Origin: Cyclobacteriaceae bacterium
Lineage (GTDB): Bacteria > Bacteroidota > Bacteroidia > Cytophagales > Cyclobacteriaceae
Direction: 5' to 3'
Length of the DNA: 64,000 nucleotides
NCBI GenBank assembly: GCA_044229915.1
Contig: JBGASB010000010.1
Coordinates: 11,567 to 75,566 of the forward strand
Below the pieces are notes generated by a model, which was not told the origin of the DNA, searched no databases, and was given only the letters and a program-made list of their open reading frames with translations. Made by a program: the position numbers and the translations under genes. Below are positions 56,421 to 64,000 of this stretch, piece by piece; position 1 is the stretch's first letter, and each line of letters starts with the position of its first letter.

Positions 56421-57007
56421 AGCTCGGTATTTTTATAGCCCATGGATTTGGCGTATTCGCTAAGTTTTTCTTTGAGCAAATTTCTAGCCCGGTGCAACCT
56501 GCTTCGAACAGTACCGATAGGTATATCCAGAATTTTTGCCATCTCTTCGTATTTAAATCCTTCCAGGTCGCATAAAATAATTACGGTTCGAAAATCCACA
56601 TCGAGTGAGTTCAATGCATTTGAAATCTCATCCCCGATCATATCCTTCAGCGATTCAACCCGCAAATCAGGGGTGATCTGCCGGTCAACATCTTCTGAAT
56701 TATAATACGTCTCAACCTCCTGGTAATCTACCTTCGAAGGCTCCTTTGTCTTCTTCCGGTAGTCATTGATAAAACTGTTTTTCAAAATGCGAAACAGCCA
56801 GGCTTTGGCATTAGTTCCTTTTTGGAATGATTCTATAAACCGATAGGCCTTAAGATAAGTGTCCTGAACAAGGTCTTTGGCATCGTCTCGGTCCAGGGTA
56901 AGCCGATATCCAAAATTATACATGGAACTGATATGAGGGAGAAACTCATGATTGAAGATGTCATTCTTCTCCTTATCTGAATAGTGCTGTTTGGGAGTTT
57001 CTTCCAT
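56417..57007 (-). CDS. ECF-type RNA polymerase sigma-70 family factor
   Basis: Region 2 (AKDLVQDTYLKAYRF...AWLFRILKNSFINDYRK) and region 4 (FKYEEMAKILDIPIGTVRSRLHRARNLLKEKL). Confidence 0.9.
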   Translation of the reverse strand: MEETPKQHYSDKEKNDIFNHEFLPHISSMYNFGYRLTLDRDDAKDLVQDTYLKAYRFIESFQKGTNAKAWLFRILKNSFINDYRKKTKEPSKVDYQEVETYYNSEDVDRQITPDLRVESLKDMIGDEISNALNSLDVDFRTVIILCDLEGFKYEEMAKILDIPIGTVRSRLHRARNLLKEKLSEYAKSMGYKNTEL

Positions 57008-57102
57008 GGAGGATCAAAAATACTAAAAGGAGAGGGATAAAAAACAGGGTATTACTAACCCTTTTGTGGTCTTTACAATTACTCCACAAATGCTATTCCC
57101 AT

Positions 57103-58047
57103 ATGTTCCTTCAGCTTGAAAATTGCCTTAACTTGGGGTTGAAAGCCAAAAAAGTAAATAACGTGAAAGAAGAAAAAAAAACACTTTACTTCAAATTAGT
57201 TCCGAAATTCATCAGGCATAACCTCGAAAAGAATAGAATCAAAAAGACTATTCTATCATATTACGCTGAACTACCGGAAGGTGATGTAAGTCAGGCGGAA
57301 AGAATAGCCTTGAACTATTTACAAAACAATAAATTATGTGTTTTTCCATATCCCTTTCAGCACGATTACAAACGCAGTGCAATCAAAGTATATTCAGATA
57401 AAGCAAGAGGTCTAAGATATGTTCTATGTGATGGAAAGCGATTGTATTTCAAAAGAAATACATCCACCCGTGGGATAAAAAGAGCCTATAATTATTTGGC
57501 AATGGAACAAGATAAACAATCCCCACACCGCTATTTAACGGATACGTTTACGATAGGAAAGAATGATATATTAGTAGATGTAGGTGCAGCAGAGGGAAAT
57601 TTACCATTATCTGTGATTGAAAAAGTCAAAAGAGTCTACTTATTCGAAACTGATGACAAGTGGATTGAAGCCCTGACAGCAACCTTTGCTCCCTGGAAAG
57701 AAAAAGTGGTAATCATTAATAAATTCGTGTCTGATAAAAATGATGAAAAAAACGTATCCCTTGATGAGTTTTTTAAAAACAAAGAAGCCTTTACTTTTCT
57801 GAAGATTGATGCTGAGGGAGCAGAAGCAGAGATCCTTGATGGTGGACAGACTTGTCTTTCATCCATCCCTGGACTTAAAGTAGCAGTTTGTACATATCAC
57901 AAGCCTGACGATGCTACTATTCTGAAGGGATATTTAGACCAAAGGCAATTTAACATTTCCTATTCCGATGGGTATATGATTTTCACTGAGCCCAAAACAT
58001 TTTTTCCTCCCTACCTACGAAAGGGCCTGATACGGGCAACTAAATAA
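57103..58047 (+). CDS. FkbM family methyltransferase
   Basis: VDVGAAEGN (SAM-binding glycine motif) and LKIDAEGAEAEILDG are typical of FkbM. The start is uncertain: ATG at 57103, GTG at 57163, or TTG at 57064. Confidence 0.7.
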   Translation: MFLQLENCLNLGLKAKKVNNVKEEKKTLYFKLVPKFIRHNLEKNRIKKTILSYYAELPEGDVSQAERIALNYLQNNKLCVFPYPFQHDYKRSAIKVYSDKARGLRYVLCDGKRLYFKRNTSTRGIKRAYNYLAMEQDKQSPHRYLTDTFTIGKNDILVDVGAAEGNLPLSVIEKVKRVYLFETDDKWIEALTATFAPWKEKVVIINKFVSDKNDEKNVSLDEFFKNKEAFTFLKIDAEGAEAEILDGGQTCLSSIPGLKVAVCTYHKPDDATILKGYLDQRQFNISYSDGYMIFTEPKTFFPPYLRKGLIRATK

Positions 58048-58138
58048 GGGATAACATATAACCTAATCCGGAATTTCCCTAAAAACAATTATATATACAA
58101 TATTTTGTGGAATACTGATGGTACTGTTTGTATATTTC

Positions 58139-59038
58139 CTATCGATGAAGTTTATAATTTTTAAACTCCCCTAAACGCCAGCCAGTCATGCTTTCAATCT
58201 TATTCAAAATCCGATGTCTTAAAGAGATATTAGCTTTTGATGGATCATAATGAAAATCCCAATCCTTCTTCTTAATTGTTTCGTGCATACTAAGAGGATG
58301 AGTTCCTGAATAAATCTCTAACTGATCGACTTCATTGTATTCAAATTCTTCCATTCCTCCGAATTTTTTCTTTAGTGTATTATCATCATCCCAAAACCGC
58401 GAAAAGAATTCAGATTTTACTTTCATCATCTTTGGAGGTCTTACATAGTTATAATGAAAAATTGGAATGTCAATCTTCACAACGTTGAGTTTTTCTCCGG
58501 CTTCTCCATTTTCATAGTTTCCTTGAGATGAATATTTCCTAAAGCCCTGCGAATCTTTGTAAGACCTTATCAATTTATTGAACTTGAATGCTCTGATCTC
58601 AAATCGATGTGCTTTTCTGCCTGTGTGAATATGCTGATAATCTCCTCGAAAATTCAGAAAAGGGAATAGCAAGCCTTCAACTTTAGGATCTTTACTGTAC
58701 TTAATAATGTATTCCTTTAATTTCAAAATGTCACTTTCATGAATAACCTCATCTGCTTGAAGATGAATAATCCAATCTCCAGTTACGGAATTGAGTCCCA
58801 GATTTGACTGTTGCGCAAATAATTTTCCGCCTTTCCGAAGGTTCATGTCCCACACGCTATCGACTATTATTATTTTGCTTGAATTTAATGCCTTTATTGC
58901 TTCACGCGTACCATCTGTTGAATCCCCAACTACCATCACAAATTCATCAACAATGGGTAGTACGGATTGAAGAGATTGAAGGAAAGGATAATCGAACTGA
59001 ATTCCATTTCTTATGTATGAAAAAGCACTTAATTTCAT
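58139..59038 (-). CDS. glycosyltransferase family 2-like protein
   Basis: The N-terminus SAFSYIRNG...DEFVMVVGDSTDGTREAI...HLQADEV resembles the GT-A fold with a DxD-like QADE. The family assignment is tentative. Confidence 0.55.
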   Translation of the reverse strand: MKLSAFSYIRNGIQFDYPFLQSLQSVLPIVDEFVMVVGDSTDGTREAIKALNSSKIIIVDSVWDMNLRKGGKLFAQQSNLGLNSVTGDWIIHLQADEVIHESDILKLKEYIIKYSKDPKVEGLLFPFLNFRGDYQHIHTGRKAHRFEIRAFKFNKLIRSYKDSQGFRKYSSQGNYENGEAGEKLNVVKIDIPIFHYNYVRPPKMMKVKSEFFSRFWDDDNTLKKKFGGMEEFEYNEVDQLEIYSGTHPLSMHETIKKKDWDFHYDPSKANISLRHRILNKIESMTGWRLGEFKNYKLHR

Positions 59039-59144
59039 AAACAGTCTTATTTCTCAAATCTTAAAAAATCTAAAGTCTCCAAATTTCTAATAAAAAAGAA
59101 ATTATTTCAATTCTCGACTTTATATTGCACATCGAAAAAGCTAA

Positions 59145-59900
59145 ATGGCCATCTCATTATCAGCAGTAATCGTAACCCTCAATGAAGAGACCAATATTGG
59201 AAGATGTATTGATTCTCTGAGCGGAGTTGCTGATGAGATTATTGTTTTAGATTCATTATCTACTGACAAAACAAGAGAAATTTGCCAAAATAAGAAAGGT
59301 GTTATTTTCTTTCAAAGGGCATGGGAGGGATTTTCTAACTCAAAGAACTACGCAAACAAACTTGCTACCAAAGATTATATTCTATCTATTGATGCCGATG
59401 AAGCCTTGTCTGACGAGCTAAAGGGGGCTATTATCGAGGTTAAGGAAAATCCCTCAGCCGTAGCCTATTCATTTAACAGATTAACAAATTACTGTGGAAA
59501 ATGGATTCACCATTGCGGCTGGTACCCTGATACAAAAACGAGATTGTTTAAAAGAGGAGAAAGAACATGGTCGGGTGAAATACATGAGTCATTATGTTTT
59601 CCACCTGATCAAGTGATAAAATTAAAGGGAGACCTGCTTCATTACTCATTTCCGAGTATAGGCAGCCATTTGCGAACTCTTAATTCCTTCACAGAGATTG
59701 CTGCTAAGGAGCTCATGTTAAAAAACAAAAAGGTGAATTTTGTACTTCATGTTTTAATAAATCCCGCCTCCACTTTCATAAAAAAATATATTCTACAAAA
59801 AGGATTTTTGGATGGTTACTATGGCTTTATTATTAGCAGCATCTCAAGTTTTGCCAATTTTATTAAGTATGTCAAATTGATTGAACTAAAAAAAAGGTGA
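59145..59900 (+). CDS. glycosyltransferase family 2 (LPS-core WaaE/KdtX-like)
   Basis: LSAVIVTLNEETNIGRCIDSL...VLDSLSTDKTREI...SIDADE (DxD). It is a paralog of the N-terminal half of the 60881..62665 product. Confidence 0.85.
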   Translation: MAISLSAVIVTLNEETNIGRCIDSLSGVADEIIVLDSLSTDKTREICQNKKGVIFFQRAWEGFSNSKNYANKLATKDYILSIDADEALSDELKGAIIEVKENPSAVAYSFNRLTNYCGKWIHHCGWYPDTKTRLFKRGERTWSGEIHESLCFPPDQVIKLKGDLLHYSFPSIGSHLRTLNSFTEIAAKELMLKNKKVNFVLHVLINPASTFIKKYILQKGFLDGYYGFIISSISSFANFIKYVKLIELKKR

Positions 59901-59960
59901 GGTAACTTCAATGTACATAATTCAAGGTTTTTTGCGTAGCCTAATTATGCCAAAACTTAT

Positions 59961-60884
59961 TTAATGCTCACTTATCTTCTGTTTGAATCGCAAGCTGTGT
60001 TTTACATGAGCTCCTCCGGCAACAAAAAAAGCGAGCCTTACATATGCAAAACTCTTGTAGAACTTTCTTATCAATTTGAAAAAGTAAAGTAGCTGAATTG
60101 CTATTCGATAATATACAGTATAATTTTTGGTATAGTAGTACAATGATGAAATATAGAATTCTTTGAGATAAGGTAACCGGATTGAATTATCCGAAGGAGT
60201 GCTCTTACTTTCAAAATGTTGGTATCTGGCCTTTGGCACCAAATATGTATAATATCCCTTACGGCTCAGCCTCAGAGCTATATCTTCCTCTTCACAATAT
60301 AAAAAATAATTTGTATCAAATCCACCGATCTCTTCGAAGAAACTTGCTCTTATAAACATGGCACTGCCACTAACCAAGTCTACCCGAATAGGTTTATCAT
60401 ATCGTTTGCGTTTATTTGGAAATCGGTCTTTATAAAATGTTTTAAGGATACCGGTACCCAATAGCTTAACAGGTAGCGTAGGAAAATGCTGGAAACTATA
60501 TTCATGTTCATTATTTCCGTTGAACATCTCTCCTGTGCAATTGGCTGCCTCTGGGTTACTTTCCATAAATGATGTCAAAATTCCAAGGCAATCATTCAGC
60601 ACAATAGTATCGTTATTTAAAAAAAAGTAATAATCCGCATCAGCCACCTGCACACCCATCATATTGGCTCCGGAAAAACCAACATTGAGTTTACTTCGAA
60701 CTAAGGTCATTTCCTTGTATTCCAAAGCTGATAGTTTTTCAAACTCGGAGAGTCTGGAGTTATTGTCGATTACTATTATTTGATAGCGAATGGATGTTTG
60801 ACTCCGGATAGAATTGATGCAATCAAGCGTGTATTGACTTGAATTATAGTTGATCAGAATTACAGCTACCTGAAACTTCCTCAT
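59961..60884 (-). CDS. glycosyltransferase family 2
   Basis: VAVILINYNSSQYTLDCINSI...VIDNNS...FLNNDT are GT-A motifs. 4-nt overlap with the upstream gene. Confidence 0.85.
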   Translation of the reverse strand: MRKFQVAVILINYNSSQYTLDCINSIRSQTSIRYQIIVIDNNSRLSEFEKLSALEYKEMTLVRSKLNVGFSGANMMGVQVADADYYFFLNNDTIVLNDCLGILTSFMESNPEAANCTGEMFNGNNEHEYSFQHFPTLPVKLLGTGILKTFYKDRFPNKRKRYDKPIRVDLVSGSAMFIRASFFEEIGGFDTNYFLYCEEEDIALRLSRKGYYTYLVPKARYQHFESKSTPSDNSIRLPYLKEFYISSLYYYTKNYTVYYRIAIQLLYFFKLIRKFYKSFAYVRLAFFVAGGAHVKHSLRFKQKISEH

Positions 60885-62665
60885 ACCTTGAGATAGGCGG
60901 GTATTGATACTCCATTAAATTTAGTTTCAGAATAGGAATCAATTTTTTGTTTCACTTCTTCTACAGTAATTGCATTTATACACGCACACTCTTTGCTATC
61001 CCTGCAAAGGCTACACTCCTCTTTAAGAGCTAGATACTGGGCCTTTTTTCCGACCGGCATCCATCTGCCGGGATGAATCGGTTTCATTGGCGAATACAAT
61101 CCCAATGCATAAATACCCAAGGCAGCAGCCAGATGCAACACCCCGGTACTACAAGCCAACAACCCGTCAGCCTGACTAATAAAGGATGTGAGTTCTTCGA
61201 GATTGAGTTTACCGGTAAGATCGGTCACGTTGGGATGCTGAAGTAACTCAGGCTTTTCCTTGCGGATCAGATCTCCTTCGGCTTGAAGGCCAGTAACAAA
61301 TATCCGATACGATTCCACCGGTAGGGAAAGGACTAACCGGTAATAGCTGTCCAATGGCCATTCTCTTGCACTTCCTTTTGACTTAGGGTGAATAATAAGA
61401 TTGAAACGATCTTTGTTTAACAAGGTAGAAAAGTCATTTTTAGCTGGATGCAATCCGTAATAAGAAATTAACTCACTGGTGTCAATATCAAAGTTGAGTT
61501 TGAATGGCTTGAGTAATTTGAAATTAAGTTGACTTTCATGCAGATTGGATTTCACCCGCGTAAAGCCGACCAGGTGATTACAATAAATCCAATTGTACCA
61601 TCGATGGGCGGTGGCCACACGATGCTTAATGCCAGCCTTGTTAGCAACTTTGGCAAGTTTCTGATCAGGAAAGATAAAAATGATTGTGTCGGCCCTGACC
61701 ATCGCTAATGTATGTGAATCCATCAATACTTCATCCCTATCTAAGAACTGATCGACAAAAACACAACGATCTATTATTGGCTGTGTATATTTTTTACCAA
61801 TAAAAAATATTTTTAAATCAGGAGTTACCGATTTCAAATACCCTAAAAGTGGGAGTGTAAGAATTACATCCCCCAGGTTATCAGTCCGGCTGATCACCAA
61901 TCGTTTGCCCATCAATGCCCGATGATTGGCCTCATATAATTTTGCATACTTATAAAATACATGGTTGCTAACTGCCATCGCCACCATCAGCCCTTCAAAT
62001 CCATCCATAAAGCCTCGCTTCAAAATATAACTTTTGAGAAAAGCAAAAGTAGACCTGACAATGATCTTGGGCACCGAACTTGTTTTTCTTCCAACACTTT
62101 CGTGGGCAAAAATTTCTGAATAATTCTGAATCTTAGAAAGTGTTTCTGCTGAATCTGTATAGGCGCGATGGAGAATATCCCCCTTAAGATGTTTGACCTT
62201 AACACCTCTCTTGATAATCACCATATCGTGTGGATTCTCTCCACCCCACAAACCTATGCGTCTATTCCAAAGTCGGATTTTTTTATCCGGATACCAATTA
62301 CCATGACGAATCCACTTGCCCCCATAATTAGACAATCGATTCATGCTATAAGCTTCATAAGGCCATTTCTCCTTTACATCCAGAATGCACTTTGTTAATT
62401 CTTCTGATAGGTATTCATCTGCATCCAGGGAAAGAACGATATCATAAGAAGCCTGTGTAACTGCAAAATTCTTTTGATCAATATGACTTTTGAAGGGATG
62501 CTCTACAACTCGCACTCCTTTCTCATAACAAATTTCTCGTGTGCGATCTTTTGAAAATGAATCCACTACCACGATCTCATCGGCAACGTCTACTAATGAG
62601 TTTATACACCGGCCGATATTTCGCTCCTCGTTGTAAGTAATAATTACAGCACTTATTTTAACCAT
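60881..62665 (-). CDS. fusion protein: N-terminal GT2 (WaaE/KdtX-like) plus C-terminal GT9 (heptosyltransferase-like)
   Basis: N-terminal half: ISAVIITYNEERNIGRCINSL...SLDADE. C-terminal half: ISRTDNLGDVILTLPLLGYLK, GSAREWP and STGVLHLAAALG, typical of the GT9 family. Confidence 0.85.
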   Translation of the reverse strand: MVKISAVIITYNEERNIGRCINSLVDVADEIVVVDSFSKDRTREICYEKGVRVVEHPFKSHIDQKNFAVTQASYDIVLSLDADEYLSEELTKCILDVKEKWPYEAYSMNRLSNYGGKWIRHGNWYPDKKIRLWNRRIGLWGGENPHDMVIIKRGVKVKHLKGDILHRAYTDSAETLSKIQNYSEIFAHESVGRKTSSVPKIIVRSTFAFLKSYILKRGFMDGFEGLMVAMAVSNHVFYKYAKLYEANHRALMGKRLVISRTDNLGDVILTLPLLGYLKSVTPDLKIFFIGKKYTQPIIDRCVFVDQFLDRDEVLMDSHTLAMVRADTIIFIFPDQKLAKVANKAGIKHRVATAHRWYNWIYCNHLVGFTRVKSNLHESQLNFKLLKPFKLNFDIDTSELISYYGLHPAKNDFSTLLNKDRFNLIIHPKSKGSAREWPLDSYYRLVLSLPVESYRIFVTGLQAEGDLIRKEKPELLQHPNVTDLTGKLNLEELTSFISQADGLLACSTGVLHLAAALGIYALGLYSPMKPIHPGRWMPVGKKAQYLALKEECSLCRDSKECACINAITVEEVKQKIDSYSETKFNGVSIPAYLKV

Positions 62666-62734
62666 ACCGGTTCAATTCGACCCTAATTTCTCCTTAAATC
62701 TGATTGTTACCAAAAGTGTAAATCCTAAAACGAC

Positions 62735-62769
62735 AAAAACCCACAAAATATTTAGTCTTGTGGGTTTTT
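62735..62769. terminator. orphan bidirectional intrinsic-terminator-like hairpin
   Basis: AAAAACCCACAA (62735-62746) pairs perfectly with TTGTGGGTTTTT (62758-62769), with an 11-nt loop and T-rich tails on both strands. No CDS ends nearby. It lies 70 nt upstream of the GT2-GT9 start codon. Confidence 0.6.
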
Positions 62770-62949
62770 GTTTGTTGTTAGGTTACCTACCGGCTAAGGA
62801 GTTCAATGATTTAACGATGCTAATTAAACTCGACCCCGGGTATCCTTACTGATCTTTGACTCACTTATGATTTTGATGCAATGATTCAGCAGTGCCTTAT
62901 TTTTCTATAAAAAACCAATTAAAATTTTACTTCGTACTACAAAGCATAC

Positions 62950-62989
62950 AAATCCTGTCCTCCATTGAAAACCAGGATTTCAATTTTTT
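62950..62989 (+). terminator. weak orphan terminator-like hairpin upstream of the ECF sigma gene
   Basis: AAATCCTG (62950-62957) pairs with CAGGATTT (62973-62980), with a 15-nt loop, then CAATTTTTT. The stem is AT-rich. Confidence 0.35.
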
Positions 62990-63048
62990 AAAAAACAATG
63001 TGAGTTAAATTATCTTCGTAGTAGTAACTTAAGGGTTTAGACACTGGC

Positions 63049-63585
63049 TTGACAGATTCAGAACTACTTAATTACTACAAAAAGAATGGAGAGCTCTCTT
63101 ATCTGGGCGAGCTCTATGGCCGTTATCAGTCCTTGGTTTATGGTGTGTGTTTAAAGTATCTGAAAGATCGCGATGAGTCGAAAGATGCCGTGATGCAATT
63201 GTTTGAAAAACTGATTCAAACCCTCAGAAATCATGAAGTGGATAATTTCAAAAGCTGGCTTTACGTAACCACCCGGAATTACTGCCTGATGCAGATTAGG
63301 GCGAGAAAGGGTAAATTCACTCAGGAATTTTCAGCTGAGTTTATGGAAAATCAGGTGCTGTTGCATCCGGAGGATGAACCTGAACTGGAGGGGAATCTTA
63401 CCAGGTTGGAGAAATGTATCGAAACGCTAATAAACGAACAAAAGCAGTGTATTCAGTTGTTCTTTTTACAGGAAAAGTGTTATAAAGATATAGCTCAATT
63501 CACAGGTTTTGACTTAAATCAGGTGAAGAGTTTTATCCAAAATGGAAAACGGAATCTGAAGATTTGTATGGAGCGAAATGACTAA
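63049..63585 (+). CDS. ECF-type RNA polymerase sigma-70 family factor
   Basis: Region 2 (FKSWLYVTTRNYCLMQIR) and region 4 (KCYKDIAQFTGFDLNQVKSFIQNGKRNLK). The apparent start is TTG, with no upstream ATG in frame. Confidence 0.85.
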   Translation: MTDSELLNYYKKNGELSYLGELYGRYQSLVYGVCLKYLKDRDESKDAVMQLFEKLIQTLRNHEVDNFKSWLYVTTRNYCLMQIRARKGKFTQEFSAEFMENQVLLHPEDEPELEGNLTRLEKCIETLINEQKQCIQLFFLQEKCYKDIAQFTGFDLNQVKSFIQNGKRNLKICMERND

Positions 63586-64000
63586 GTGGGAAGACGATAT
63601 CAGAAAGTACCATAGCGGTGAAATGTCACCTCAGGAACAGCATGCGCTGGAAAAAAGGGCTCTAAGCGATCCTTTCCTGGCAGAGGCCTTAGAAGGATCA
63701 GGGTTGATTTCCTCAACTGAATTTTCCGAGGATATTAAGGAACTCACCGCCAAAATTGAAAACAAGACTCATGAGTTAAAGGATGATGACTTGCGGGTTG
63801 CGGCATCTGCATTAGCCCCTGAAGAAAGAACAATAAATAGTCCTTCGGAACCGATAGTTGAAAAGAAAACTCATAGTAAATGGATGTGGCCTTTACGCAT
63901 AGCTGCATCGGTTACTCTGGTTGCATTAGTTTATTTTGCCATCACTCCCCTCTTTGAAAATGAAAAGCAACTTGCCCTTCAAACTAAGGCCGAAGAAAAA
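63578..64000 (+). CDS. putative anti-sigma factor, partial (continues beyond window)
   Basis: The ATG at 63578 overlaps the sigma stop by 8 nt, and the frame stays open to the window end: MTKWEDDIRKYHSGEMSPQEQHALEKRALSDPFLAEALEG... with TM helix WPLRIAASVTLVALVYFAI. Translated by hand. It is absent from the ORF track because no stop occurs in the window. Confidence 0.65.
   Translation, partial: MTKWEDDIRKYHSGEMSPQEQHALEKRALSDPFLAEALEGSGLISSTEFSEDIKELTAKIENKTHELKDDDLRVAASALAPEERTINSPSEPIVEKKTHSKWMWPLRIAASVTLVALVYFAITPLFENEKQLALQTKAEEK

Noticed and set aside
57173-57181. A9 homopolymer near the 5' end of the FkbM methyltransferase gene, considered as a slipped-strand phase-variation switch
   Set aside because: A8 runs are common in ordinary genes in this window (for example 3214..3221 in the symporter, 21033..21040 in mrdA, plus others at 33561 and 60611). 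One extra A is therefore not distinctive, and the true start codon is uncertain.
1-64000. Search for CRISPR arrays, transposases, integrases, phage genes, toxin-antitoxin pairs or known defence systems
   Set aside because: I found no direct-repeat/spacer arrays and no ORF with recombinase, transposase, restriction/modification, Abi or TA signatures. The window is dominated by core metabolism and cell-envelope genes.

Overview
The window reads as a largely housekeeping chromosomal segment of a Bacteroidota genome, probably Cytophagia-like. This is inferred from gene content, the lack of Shine-Dalgarno sequences, a TAnnTTTG-type promoter box, and CarboxypepD_reg-type TonB receptors. About 65 protein genes are tightly packed. 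Recognisable blocks:
- aroC, a DAACS symporter, Nfu, an S9 peptidase and dusB.
- cdsA-gdh-psd and a fatty-acid desaturase.
- tdk-recO.
- The complete elongasome operon purH-mreB-mreC-mreD-mrdA-rodA.
- An omega-amidase plus aminotransferase pair, then def, ruvX, an S41 protease, hmgA and purN.
- pyrH-frr, then lgt.
- A 13.5-kb run of twelve minus-strand genes with very short gaps: ECF sigma/ZAS anti-sigma, gmk, nadD, DUF5686, selU, selD, orf103, a BNR/sortilin-like protein, an FGE-domain protein, then a second ECF sigma/anti-sigma.
- An AT-rich glycosyltransferase/LPS-core-like island.

The only RNA element I can support is a TPP riboswitch (minus strand, about 39013..39083) in front of a TonB-dependent receptor. 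I see no rRNA, tRNA, CRISPR array, transposase, integrase or phage genes.

Nothing here looks like a classical defence island. The most unusual items:
1. A GxxExxY nuclease-fold gene enclosed by roughly 28-nt imperfect inverted repeats built from CGCWAAG heptamers.
2. An exported FGE-domain protein transcribed directly ahead of an ECF sigma/anti-sigma pair.
3. A selU-selD operon carrying a third, small gene that may be WYL-like.
4. A GT2-GT9 fusion glycosyltransferase with a free-standing GT2 paralog nearby.
5. Two orphan terminator-like hairpins in a 383-bp gene-free spacer.

All family assignments come from motif recognition by eye, with no database search. Start codons are best guesses.
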